A DNA stretch of 64,000 bases from Octopus sinensis (lineage: Eukaryota), in the NCBI RefSeq assembly GCF_006345805.1, contig NC_043014.1, forward strand, positions 31,620,001 to 31,684,000. The letters are read 5' to 3'. Of this stretch, positions 40,276-51,396 are shown piece by piece. Within the stretch, counting starts at the first letter, position 1; each line of letters starts with the position of its first letter. Made by a program: the position numbers and the translations under genes. The notes under the pieces are model-generated. The model saw nothing but the letters and a program-made list of their open reading frames with translations. It was not told the DNA's origin and ran no database searches.

Positions 40276-40434
40276 CATTATTTACATTTGACGGATATTT
40301 TTCCTCGTCTTGTTTATTGTTAACACAAACAAAATGAGGATAAGTGTTAACAACAAACAAGATGAGGAGATATATCTGTCAAATGTAAATCATGTAAATA
40401 ATGTACATAATTTCTCATCTCTTAAATATAGAAC
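40276..40434 (+). mobile_element. Short Penelope-like inverted-repeat remnant (same family as 22661-22980)
   Basis: Shared sequence ...gtcaaatgtaaat.atgtaaataatgtacataatt..tcatctcttaaatatagaac, flanked by ccagta(t/c)ttctt direct repeats. Confidence 0.75.
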
Positions 40435-41724
40435 CAGTACTTCTTGTTTTCTTGGATTTGTTTTTCCAACTCCTTTTTAACATGAGAAAATTCCCTACAT
40501 AAAAGGTTGAACACAGAATCTCTGTGGCCTTGACTTTGTTCATGTGTTTTCATTTTCTCCTCTGCTTTTTCCCAAGTTGACTTGACATTAAGGTACAGCA
40601 AAAGCAATAAACTGTACCCTTTGATGAGCTGTACAGGAGCCACTTTCTGAAAAGCTGCTCACTTTTTTCCAGAATTGTATAAAACATTGAATTTTTATAA
40701 TCACGGTAGTTTATCTTCACCAGATTGATAATGGGGTCGAGATTCTGGGTAGGAGTCAGAATCATTTCTATTTTGACATATGGCTGATTTTTTCTGAAAG
40801 AACATGGACAAATACTTTTCTCTGGCAGAAAACCACTTGGCTGGGTCTGGATCCCATGATGTCGTTATACTATCCATGACAGTAGGAGATGATAGTTCTT
40901 TGTCTTCAATATTTTGAGGTGATATGTTCTTCGTGTTTTCTGCAGATGTACTTGGGAGTGTGACTGGTTCTTCAAAAGGGACATCTGGTACGGATTCTTC
41001 ATCATTAGCCTCTGAATTTTCTTTTTTCAAAGCAAAGAAAGATTCCGTAAGACGTGTCTTTGTTAATACAGCAGCATTTTCTTCACTTTTTTCTTCAGAA
41101 ATTTTTCTCTTTTGAGATCCAGACAGTTGAATTTTCTGTGGCACTCTTGGATATTCCCAGAATATAATATATAATCTGAATAGAAGCAAATGAAAATAAT
41201 TTCAAAAATAAAAGGAAGCTGGAACTGATAACAGCAATGTAGAATCACTTCATTTAATCCTGCTACAGGTATATTAAGACAGGCACTTTATGAATACCTG
41301 TTATTCTTATGTGTTTGGCAGATAAGTAGCCCTGCTGCCAAAGTTAATCAAAATTTAATAGAAAAGAGTTTGAGTGAAACAGCAAATCAAGGATTACAGA
41401 TTAAGGATTTGGTTTCCATAAAATTACTTTTCTTCAAAATTATGTTTCACTTGAAGTGAAATGAATAGGTGTCAGAATCACTTCAAAAGATATAATTTGA
41501 GAAGAAATTTTGTATTGCATAGATCTCTCTAGACTTTAAACTATCTGATGGCAATTTTTGAGCATATAACTTTTCTTTTACATTTGTTATGTTTGTGAAG
41601 GAAGAGGGTATTTTGGATTGCAATTGAGATGTTTTGCTATTCGTATGATCCTTGTTTGTTTGTTTTGACTTTTTTTCATTTTTTATACATCCACCTATTT
41701 AAGGTCAGGTACTTATGGTAGTAG

Positions 41725-43235
41725 ACTTAGATAACTTAGATAACTTAGATATGTTTCAACCAAAGATTGGTCCAGGCCATGTCTAACTTAATAGCACCAC
41801 CTGATAGGATTATTCGAATCCTGTTTAAGTCAAGTTTTGTTCAAGTAGTGAGTTCTTGTTGGGTGAGTTGTATCAAGTTTTGTTCAAGTAGTGAGTTCTT
41901 GTTGGGTGAGTTGTATCGAATTATGGGTGGCTTATCTGGTATTCTTTGAAGGAATCTATCCAGACTCCGTTTAAAGTTGATGGGATCCTTTTCCTCTTTG
42001 ATCTCCCTCGGGACAATGTTAAATAGGGCAGGGCCTGTTGAGGAAAAGAAATTATGTTGCAGTGTACATGTATGCTGTGATCTTGAATTGGGCAGGGGAC
42101 GTATGGCCCGTGGTCCCAGTCTTGGATGAACCTTGAAGCTAATGTTAAGGTCGTTAGGGCAAAGTTGGCGATATATTCTCCACATCGTACAAATGATGTA
42201 CCGCTCACGGCGACGCTGGAGGGAGTAAAGTTTCAAGGCTTTAAGGCGATCCCAATAATCGATAGCAGCCATGCCTTCAATTCTTTTAGTGAGTGTCCTC
42301 TGGGGTGACTCAATTCTGGAGATATTTTGTCTTCTATGGGGAGACCACAGTGAGCAGCAGTATTCAAGGTGTGGCCGTACAAAGGAGGAGAAAAGTGGTA
42401 TGATGACACCTTGTTCTCTGGACCGGAAAGTTCTTACGATCGAGGAACTCATCCTACGAGCTCTATCGACCTTCTTGTTGATGTGTGCACTCCAACTGAG
42501 GTCGTCATCAACAATTACACCCAGGTCTCTGATATTGTTAGAGACTGTGAGCGGTTCCCCTGAAGGAAGAGAGTATGGCTGTTTTACTGAGGAATTTCTT
42601 CCAAAATGCATCAGCTCAAATTTTCCCTCATTCAGTTGCATTTTGTTTCTGTCTGCCCATTGACTCACAGCATATAGATCAGACTGGAGTTGAGTTCGGT
42701 CTGCTTCTTCATTGACGATTTGCTGGAGCTTAGTGTCATCAGCAAATATTTTCACTTTGCAGTAATGTACAACACTGGAAAGGTCGTTTATGTAAATTAT
42801 GAAAAGTAGCAGACCCAAAACAGTCCCCTGGGGAACACCGCTGGTGACTTTTGCTGGGCTTGAGTGGACTCCATCAACTACAACATGTTGTGTTCTATTC
42901 ACCAGGAAATACTTAATCCAGTGTAGAACTTTTCCACGGATTCCAACATTTGCCAATTTTGAGAGTAGGATATTATGGTCTACCCTGTCGAACGCTTTAC
43001 TGAAGTCAAGATATATGACGTCAGAGTTTGAACCTGTTCCGAAGGCTTTGAGTACATCTTCAATGTGGTGTAAGAGCTGTGTTAGACAGTCCCTGCCACA
43101 GCGAAAGCCATGCTGATTTGCATTTAGGAGTTTGTGGGTCTCCAGGAAGTCAGCTATCCTTGATCTTAACACTCTTTCAAACACTTTAATGATGTGGGAG
43201 GTGAGATTGGGTGATAGTTGACTGCGAGGGATCTG
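41725..43235 (-). mobile_element. CR1-like LINE, 5'-truncated, with (ATCTAAGTT)n tail
   Basis: RT ORF, short 3' UTR and a tandem 9-mer tail at 41725-41752. Confidence 0.9.
41841..43184 (-). CDS. Reverse transcriptase domain of the CR1-like LINE ORF2 (5'-truncated, 447 aa open)
   Basis: QHGFR, YLDFSKAFDRVDH, SGVPQGTVLG, FADDTK, DLGV, VRPHLEYC..WSP, LYSLQRRRER. Confidence 0.92.
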   Translation of the reverse strand: MFERVLRSRIADFLETHKLLNANQHGFRCGRDCLTQLLHHIEDVLKAFGTGSNSDVIYLDFSKAFDRVDHNILLSKLANVGIRGKVLHWIKYFLVNRTQHVVVDGVHSSPAKVTSGVPQGTVLGLLLFIIYINDLSSVVHYCKVKIFADDTKLQQIVNEEADRTQLQSDLYAVSQWADRNKMQLNEGKFELMHFGRNSSVKQPYSLPSGEPLTVSNNIRDLGVIVDDDLSWSAHINKKVDRARRMSSSIVRTFRSREQGVIIPLFSSFVRPHLEYCCSLWSPHRRQNISRIESPQRTLTKRIEGMAAIDYWDRLKALKLYSLQRRRERYIICTMWRIYRQLCPNDLNISFKVHPRLGPRAIRPLPNSRSQHTCTLQHNFFSSTGPALFNIVPREIKEEKDPINFKRSLDRFLQRIPDKPPIIRYNSPNKNSLLEQNLIQLTQQELTT

Positions 43236-44694
43236 TTTCCCTGTTCGCTAAAATAACTAATGTTTGGCAGAAATAGTTAAAAATTGGTGGGTATAGACAG
43301 TCTGAAAGAACAATTAGCAAAACTAGAAGGAAAAGTTGCAGGATAGCACCAGCAACAGGGACAAATTCTAAACCACTGTCGTCTGTGAAATTTTTGCAAA
43401 AGTGGAAATGATATGGTAAGCAACATAATACAAAATTATACTTTGTAAAAAACAACATGAAAATAAGTTATAACAAGCTGTAGTTACATTAAAAAAATAA
43501 AGACAGAAACATTTTAAAAATATTTTTTTAAAAATTGAAACATAATAGAAAAAATCATAAGTTATATTCAAAAAATTAAGGCGATCTTTTGTTTTACAGC
43601 CATATTAGGTAAAATATAAACGAAAATGAAACCAACAATAATGGAGAATGGCATAAAAATAACTTGACAATCCTGAATGACAAAAATGAATAGGTTAATG
43701 TAAAGAAGTAGGGTATTATAAATTTCTTATTTTTTTATAATTTTTCAATGACATCATTTTGTTAACTTATTAAAGTAGCATCGGAAGAAAATAAGACAGT
43801 ATAAATCAAGATAATCAAGTCAGTTTTTGTACATTCCCCATTGCTGTTGGTTTCATTTTATTGTAAGCATTAGCAGTGAAACATGAGTTGTGACTACAGA
43901 TGATGACATTTCTCCTACATGCCACTAAATCAAAATGAACTCTTGATAACAACATATCTTCATTGCAAGAGCCCTCTCTCACCAACAAAACTCTTTCCCT
44001 AAAAATTTTAGGATTTGGGAAAGGGATGAAAAATTTTTTTATATTTTTGCCGAACCATATAGGATACAGCGTGTAGAACACAAATTCACAAAATTTTCTG
44101 AAAATACCAAAAAAAAAACGTCATGACTAATTAAATGGTGGGCCAGATGTTGAAGAAGTATTTTTCTGGGACAGAATAGCTGTCCCACACTTTGTTATTT
44201 TATTGTATTCCACATTCTGAAACACATTCAAGTCGCATTAAAACAAATACAAATCTCTTCACCTTACTCCTTAAGTCGTACCTCTCACAAAATTTTGTTT
44301 TTGTTTTATTTTCATTTATGTAAATTTATAAAAAATTCAAGAGATTTGGCTGTTATTTCTAGCATGTGGAGAGACCTAGGCTTAACTTTATGCACTGGTT
44401 GAAAACCACCTAACAAAAATTCTGAGATAGATACATTCGACTAAAAATTCTTCAAGGTGGTACCCCAGCATTACTGCAGTCTAATGATTTAACAAGTACA
44501 AAGGATAAAAAAAAACAAAAAAAAAAAATTAAATATTCGCCGTGGCTGTGTGGTAAGAAGCTTGTTTCCCAACCACATGGTTCCCGGTTCAGTCCCACTG
44601 TTCGGCACCTTGGACAAGTGTCTTCACCTGTAGTTTTGGTCCGACCAAAGCCTTGAAAGTGGATTGAGAGTAGACGGAAACTGAAAGAAGCCCG

Positions 44695-44791
<97 letters not shown>

Positions 44792-44994
44792 TAAAGGGTG
44801 AAATATAATTAATTTAATGAAATCAATAAATTTCACCTAGTAGTATTTCGGTATGGAAAAGGACCATATTCAGTAAAAATTTATATAATTATAATAATAA
44901 GGGTTTTTTGCAACAAGTTGCTTAAACCACTTTGCGGTATGTGGTTTAAGCAACTTGTTGCAAAAAACCCTTATTATTATAATTATATATATAT

Positions 44995-45682
44995 ATAGAA
45001 GTAAATATATGGCACAATGAAGTACTGATATTTACTGGAAAATAGCGAATGTAAGACAAATTTTTTTCAAGTTTGTTGCACACACGCATTTTTGCTAGTA
45101 CATACGCGGTGAAGCTATACATTTGCGTCGTATTTTTCACATTCGCTATTTTCCAGTAAATATCGGTACTTCGTTGTGCCATATATTTACTTCTATGTAT
45201 AATTTTCCCTCATGGGCTATTCTTTACTGGAAAGCAATACTCTCGTATTGCATTACTATTTTTATTGAAACTTCTTCACTGTTCTCGTTCTGTCACCATT
45301 TTGGCGTTTCAGTCGAGTGTATTGGCATTGATGTGGCAACATCTGAAATGTTGTCGAGGTATATGTTGGCTGATGAAGATAAATCAAGTATATGTGTGCA
45401 GACATATCTTGAAAAATCTGAAACCGGTACCACATTATCCCTTTCTAGGTATTTCATCTTTCAGATGTTCTCCCTGGAGGTAAGACAAGTTTGTTGCACA
45501 CACGCATTTTTGCTAGTACATACGCGGTGAAGCTATACATTAGCGTCGTATTTATTACGTTCGCTATTTTCCAGTAAATATCGGTACTTCGTTGTGCCAT
45601 ATATTTACTTCTATGTATAATTTTCCCTCACGGGCTATTCTTTACTGGAAAGCAATACTCTCGTATTGCATTACTATTTTTA
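44995..45682 (+). mobile_element. Non-coding Penelope-like/retrozyme-like element: 418-nt unit with 197-bp terminal direct repeat and 5' inverted segment
   Basis: 45068-45264 is repeated at 45486-45682. 44995-45052 is the reverse complement of 45139-45196. One hammerhead in the unique part; flanked by (TA)n. Confidence 0.85.
45363..45435 (+). ncRNA. Minimal type I hammerhead ribozyme
   Basis: auguugg-CUGAUGA(45370-76)-AGAU-[ucaag.auaugu/acauau.cuuga hairpin]-AUCU-GAAA(45420-23)-CCGG-U-A-ccacau. Predicted cleavage after A45429. Confidence 0.88.
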
Positions 45683-47024
45683 TATATATATGTATGTATG
45701 TACATATTTGTATATGTGTATCTGTGTTTGTCCCTCTACCATCACCTGACAACTGATGTTGGTGTGTTTATGTCCCCGTAACTCAGCAAAAGAGACCAAT
45801 ACAATACGTACAAGGCTTACAAAGAATTAGTCCTGGGGTCGATTTCTTCGACTAAAGTCGGTGCTCTAGTATGGCTGCATTCAAATCACTTAAACAAGTA
45901 AAAGATAAACTACATAAATGTTTTTTACTTTTCTCTGCTGTTTCACTAGCACCATGCTTTTTTTAGGGGACTAGAGTCTGAAACATGGAACAGTCTGTTT
46001 CTTTTTATCACTATATACATTCAAACACACACACACACATGCTTTTGGGAACTTGTGTCACTAAAGTAGAAAAATCTGCTTTTCTTTTGCTTTTTTTTAA
46101 AATTCTATAAACTGTTGTCGCTAAAGTGGAGAAAATCTTTGGTTATTTATCACTACAGAGAATCCATTACATTTTTTAAGCAGTTCAGATCTTTATAATT
46201 TGAAAGGCAGCCTCTTCATGCAAGATTATTGGGAAGTGGAAGGGCCCCTCTGAATTTAGTGCACCATATCCTTCATAAAAAAGTAGCTCTCAATATTAAT
46301 GGGGCGGGTCATTGTCGAGGGTGGTCCAGAATAATTGCACCTTAAGCACCCCCATAAATGTGGACCTTATCCCAGTCATCTCTTTTCAAATGATGCTTTT
46401 TGTACCCAATCTCTTAGGCACCATACAATTCACTACACTCAGCATTTCCTCTTCAGAATCTCGTGTGGATTTGTCTTGATTATACAATTTGTCTAACTGG
46501 ATGTTCATAAGGAGGCTACTAGGTCCGCTAGAAATAGCAGCCAAATCTTGCTCACTACATAAATGAATTAACACAAACTACATGAATTAACACAAAATAC
46601 AGAGCAACGGAAATTAAAAAAAATGTTTATTGATTTGGTAGTCCAGGCTTAAATAGCTGCCATTTGACGTATTTTACCTTTTTTCTACAAGTGGTCACTT
46701 GACCATACCCGTTCATGCCAATTGGATGTTTTAAGTCATCGAAACAGACTGCTTGCCAGACTAGCAGATGTGTGGTCTGTTTTAAGCCAACAGATGGCTA
46801 TAAAAAAAGAATTTGTTTTGGGATAGCCGGAGAGGAGAGAATTATTACTGGAGATATTTAACGCCATGCTTTGTGTTTACCCCTCACACATCACTGGGAA
46901 ATAATGTATTTTTCTTAACAGAACTATTTGTACCTTTGGAACACAAGTGCTACTATATTCTTTTTTGTTAGTTTTGTCATGTAATGTCTCACATCTTGAA
47001 ATACTTGCAAGTTGTATTTTTACT

Positions 47025-47222
47025 GCCGTTTGCCAGCCCCGTCTGGCACCTGTGCTGGTGGCACGTAAAAAGCACCCACTACACTCATGGAGTGGTTGGC
47101 GTTAGGAAGGGCATCCAGCCGTAGAAACATTGCTAGATCAGACTGGGCCTGGTGCAGCCTTCTGGCCTCCCAGACCCCAGTTGAACTGTCCAACCCATGC
47201 TAGCATGGAAAGCGGATGCTAA

Positions 47223-47263
<41 letters not shown>

Positions 47264-47272
47264 GATGATGAT
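47025..47272 (+). mobile_element. RTE 3' tail fragment with (GAT)n
   Basis: Matches 21470-21690. Confidence 0.85.
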
Positions 47273-47469
47273 GTTTTTTTCGCTTGATATGTTTCAGAAA
47301 TTAAACATTTTAATATACAAAATACAGTAAATACTTCACATTATTACATATATTATACATTAATGCAAAAAATATTGTGTTTATTAACTATCTTCAAAAT
47401 TATCACAGCAGCAATGGAAAGTTGAATGCCAACTTGCTAAGGCAGTTTCAAAATTCTATCAAGACCTAA

Positions 47470-47862
47470 CGCCCAGAAAAACTGATGAATGGGGTCTTGT
47501 TTCATTAAGTCAATGCTTTAGCACACAAGTCCTTGGTTTCAATGGCTGCTGTACATGACTGGCTTTGCACTGGTTGATCACCATCCCTATGTTAGGAATT
47601 TGGCTCCATCTGATTATCATCTGTTTCCCATCATGAAAAAATACTCGGCTGGGTACCAGTATCGATGTGATGAAGACGTCTTATCTGCAGTAGTTGACTA
47701 TTTTGACCAACAGGATAGCTTCTTCACCAGTATGATCCAAGTACTGCAACTACTTTGGAAGTTTGTGGACAGTAAGAGGAACTATGTTTAAAAATGAACT
47801 TCATTTAGTCGCATTCCATGAGAGTGTCTTGCTCAGCCTATGAGCATTTCAGTCAACCCTCA
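47470..47862 (+). mobile_element. Mariner transposase C-terminal remnant
   Basis: HHPYVRNLAPSDYHLFPIMKK (YSPDLAPSDYHLF motif). Confidence 0.8.
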
Positions 47863-48713
47863 TGATAATAAAAATCATTATTATATCTGCATTTGTCTTA
47901 TTGTTAACATTGAGAAAATCCTCTTTTTTCATAAAATATTTGGAGCTGGGTTTGCAAATTTTTGTTCCTGTGCCACTGTGTGTGTGTGTGTGTTTGTCCC
48001 CCTGCCATTGTTTGACAACTGGTGCTGGTGTGTTTATGTCCTTGTAACTTAGCAGTTCGGCAAAGAAGACCAATAGGATAAGTACTAGGCTTACAGAGAA
48101 TAAGTCCTGGGGTTGATTTCTTTGACTAAAACCCTTTAAGGCAATGCTCCAGCATGGCTGCAGTCAAATGACTGAAACAAGTAAAAGAAATAAAAGAAAC
48201 AATATATATATACACACATATATATATATATGTTGACATATGCATGTATATATGTATGTGTGTGTGTGTTTGTGTAAATACTATGGATCAGCTTCTAGCG
48301 TTATGTTCATATACATATTTGTATAATGTATTTATAAACACTTTGATGCTGTTAACAACAACCACACCTGTCCATCTTCGGTTTTATCTTTATTTTCATA
48401 AACTCAGCTGAGGTGTTCCCTTAAGCCAACTCATGTTTACTTGGATTATGTCTCCAGTCATTAATGCTGAATTTTAGGTATTTGATCTGGTCTGAGCATT
48501 AATCTGTCTGTATCTATAATATATACTTGTGTGTGTGTGTGTGTGTGTGGTGTGTCTGTGTATGTGTGTGTGTGTGTGTGTGTGTGTATACATACGATAT
48601 AATATATATATGTATGTATGTGTATGTATAGATACATGTAAGTGTACATATCTATTTGTATTATACTTACATACATATATATTCTTTTATTCTTTATGTA
48701 TATATATATATTA

Positions 48714-48873
48714 CGGAGATGTACTTGCATAGCAAGTGATTTGATCTGAGATCGTGTGCTGGAACGAAAACAATTTCAGCGTGGAAGGTGTTGTAAACTT
48801 AAATGTTGAAGTGAATTGAACGGCTTTTGTGTGTTTCTTAAATGGCTTACAAACACCTTCCACGCGGCAATTG

Positions 48874-48876
<3 letters not shown>
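48714..48876. mobile_element. Inverted-structure remnant of the Penelope-like family also at 54100-54346
   Basis: ggagatgtacttgcatagcaagtga...gcgtggaaggtgtt followed by an inverted segment of the same family. Confidence 0.7.
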
Positions 48877-48912
<36 letters not shown>

Positions 48913-48915
<3 letters not shown>

Positions 48916-49766
48916 GGCGTGATGGGTAAATTGTCACTATTTTATATTTCTAGTTTCACACATGCGCATTATTTGTTTTTGATTTTGTCAGCTACACAGT
49001 ATTGTAGGGTGAGTTGGGCACCATGGTGCAATTCACTCTGCTAGAAATTTAGAAATGGCAAGCTGCACAGCTTGACATTCATGCTGAAAGCTCCAATACG
49101 AACCTTTCAGAATTTTTGAGTGTCACTCTGAGTACAGTGTATGTACCGAGAGTGATAACAATCAAACATTCAGTCAACATTATGGTGTTTGGAGTAATCG
49201 CTAGTGATGGTCACATTATGCTTTCATTTATATTCCTACATGGCCTCAGACTCAGCACGGAGGCCTACATCAAGTGCCTGGAGGAGCTAGTGCTGCCCTA
49301 ATTCAAGAACGTGGCTGCTGGAAGACCCTATGTCTGGCAATAGGACTCTGCACCATGCCACACAAGCAGGAGAGCCCAGTCGTGGCTGTCAGACAATTTC
49401 TGCAACCATATCACCACTAACATTTGGCCACCTAACTCCTCAAACTGCAACCCCTTTGATTATTATGTGTGGGTCACAGTTGAGTGAGAGACCAACAAAA
49501 TTCCTTTGTAACACCAAAGATGACCTGAAAGCAAGGATTATGGCAGCATTTACCAACTTAAACAAGGAAACTGTCCAGAAGAGCTGCAGGAGATTCTGAA
49601 GTCGTCTGGAGGCCGTGGTTGAAGCCAATCAATGATTTTATTGAACAAATTTACGCTTTAGCATTTCAAGATATTTTTATGTAATTTTAGTAAGTATAAA
49701 ATGGGATGTCAGTATTATTTTCAGTTTTGTGTAATTTAGATGACAATATATTCACCACAGCCTCTG
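48913..49766 (+). mobile_element. maT/DD37D-type Tc1-mariner element, internally deleted
   Basis: TIRs catggcgtgatgggtaaattgtca / tgacaatatattcaccacagcctctg. IMVFGVIASDG, VWQ*DSAPCH and WPPNS..CNPFDYYVW motifs. Confidence 0.8.
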
Positions 49767-49872
49767 TGTGTGTGAATATATATATATATATATATATATG
49801 CACAAGCACACGCACACTCTCACACACACACACACAATCACAAACACACATATGTGTATGTATATACATGCA

Positions 49873-49904
<32 letters not shown>

Positions 49905-50901
49905 CATACATACATACATACATGTGTGAGTGTCTGTGTATATATACATCCAACTGAATCATATGGATACAAGGATGATTATATAGTTATGGAGTTTATG
50001 TTTTGTTTGACTACTTTCCCAATGTATGATACTTCAGATGAATATCTTCAACTATAACCTCACACTCTTGGGAGTGTGAATGGGTTGACAGAAACTACAG
50101 AGTGTGAATGGTTTGACAGAAATTTGTCATATACATACATGTATATATAGTGAGACATAGCAAGGGTTAAGGAAATATAGTCCATCATCTTATTCCTCAG
50201 TCCATACAGAACCTGGTTAATAGAATACTTAGGTAAGAGAATCAGAATCCATATTTCTTTAATTCATAGCACATTCCATAAAAACTGAAAATCCAAGGTA
50301 ATTCACCTGCATTATTCACAGATTATAATATTAAACAGACTAAAGAATGAAGATGTAAGTATTACATATCTTTATCAAAGGTTGCAATCATTTCAGTTAG
50401 TTAGAGAACTGTTTCATCAATTTGTATGTAAATCCATAAAATAATTAATTTATTAATGCATGAGGTTGCAACCAGCCACCTTGTCAGATCATTGAAAGTT
50501 CGTCATCATCATCATCATCATGTATCATAAGTTTTTACAGTGCATTGATAGCACTACAATGAAAGTCTTCCTGATTTAGCAGTTCTCCCATTAGATGAAG
50601 CTTTATTCTGTTACTTTATTTTGAGTTTCCCATAATGTTTGCTTGACAAGAGATATTCGGGTGGTTTATCATTACCTTTCCCAACTGGATCACTGTTGGC
50701 CGACCAGGAACACATCTGCATTTCGATGGTCTTGTTTTTACTCTTTCTGGGTGTCCAGATGGCTACCTTGCAGGAGTATTAAGCTACTCAAATGGGGAAG
50801 CCAGTTTAGCTACAGATCACTCAACCATGAAATAGGTAGTAATGGTTCACATGGTACCAGAAGCAGATTACATCAGCCTGTGATGAGATCCCTGATCTGG
50901 C

Positions 50902-50946
<45 letters not shown>

Positions 50947-51176
50947 TACTGTTTCAAGTCCAAGGACTTGAGATACTAATATCCAGGAGATATTCTACAA
51001 TCTAATGTCCTTTAATATATTTGTTGGAAATTCTCAAAATTATACTTAGCATATTAACTGCCATGGCCTGGTACTGGAGCTTACTGGTGATGCTATGTAT
51101 TTTGTGTGCTATTGCTGTCAGTGCAATATTAGAATATATCATAATTAAACTTTAATATTTAACACTTAATATTCAA

Positions 51177-51396
51177 CCCTTCAGCATTTATACCAGCATA
51201 TTTGACCAAAATATTCTACCTGTTTTATGTTCAAACAGGCCAGATCCAGGCTCTCTCACCTACCCTACAATGTCATTGTAAAAATAAACAGTGACATCAT
51301 AGAAATCTTGAAGCTACAAGATAATGCATGATTAGTTCAAAACAATGTGAATAAATAAGTATTACACTTGACTGAGTAATCTGGATACTGGTAGGT
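51177..51396. mobile_element. Old piggyBac-type MITE (related partial copy at ~26010-26165)
   Basis: ccctt.agcatt terminus, degenerate TTAA flanks, internal atattctacctgttttatgttcaaac shared with 26090-26130 (reverse). Confidence 0.55.

Larger units (their letters stand above)
38100..41145 (-). pseudogene. hAT transposase pseudogene (TTF-type zinc finger, DUF4371, catalytic core, dimerisation domain)
   Basis: LSGSQKRK; RKWLLYSSSKGTVYCFCC; GNFLGIMELTAQF; YMSPTIHKEI; AKYFSVSVDSTP; GQSYDNASNM; LKSLSETHWSAR; FPYVDVALRIFLSLMVT. Frameshifted and interrupted by 2 SINEs and a PLE fragment. Confidence 0.9.
44541..45910 (+). mobile_element. SINE family A split by two Penelope-like insertions in its (TA)n tract
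   Basis: Head and 5' half at 44541-44697, 3' half at 45720-45910. Confidence 0.85.
37835..46368 (-). mobile_element. hAT (Tip100/ZMYM1-like) DNA transposon, full span with nested insertions
   Basis: Diverged TIRs caggactggattta / taaatgtggacctt (consensus CAGGGCCGGATTTA), subterminal gggcccctc motifs, and 8-bp TSD gtcccagt (37827-37834) / atcccagt (46369-46376). Confidence 0.85.
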
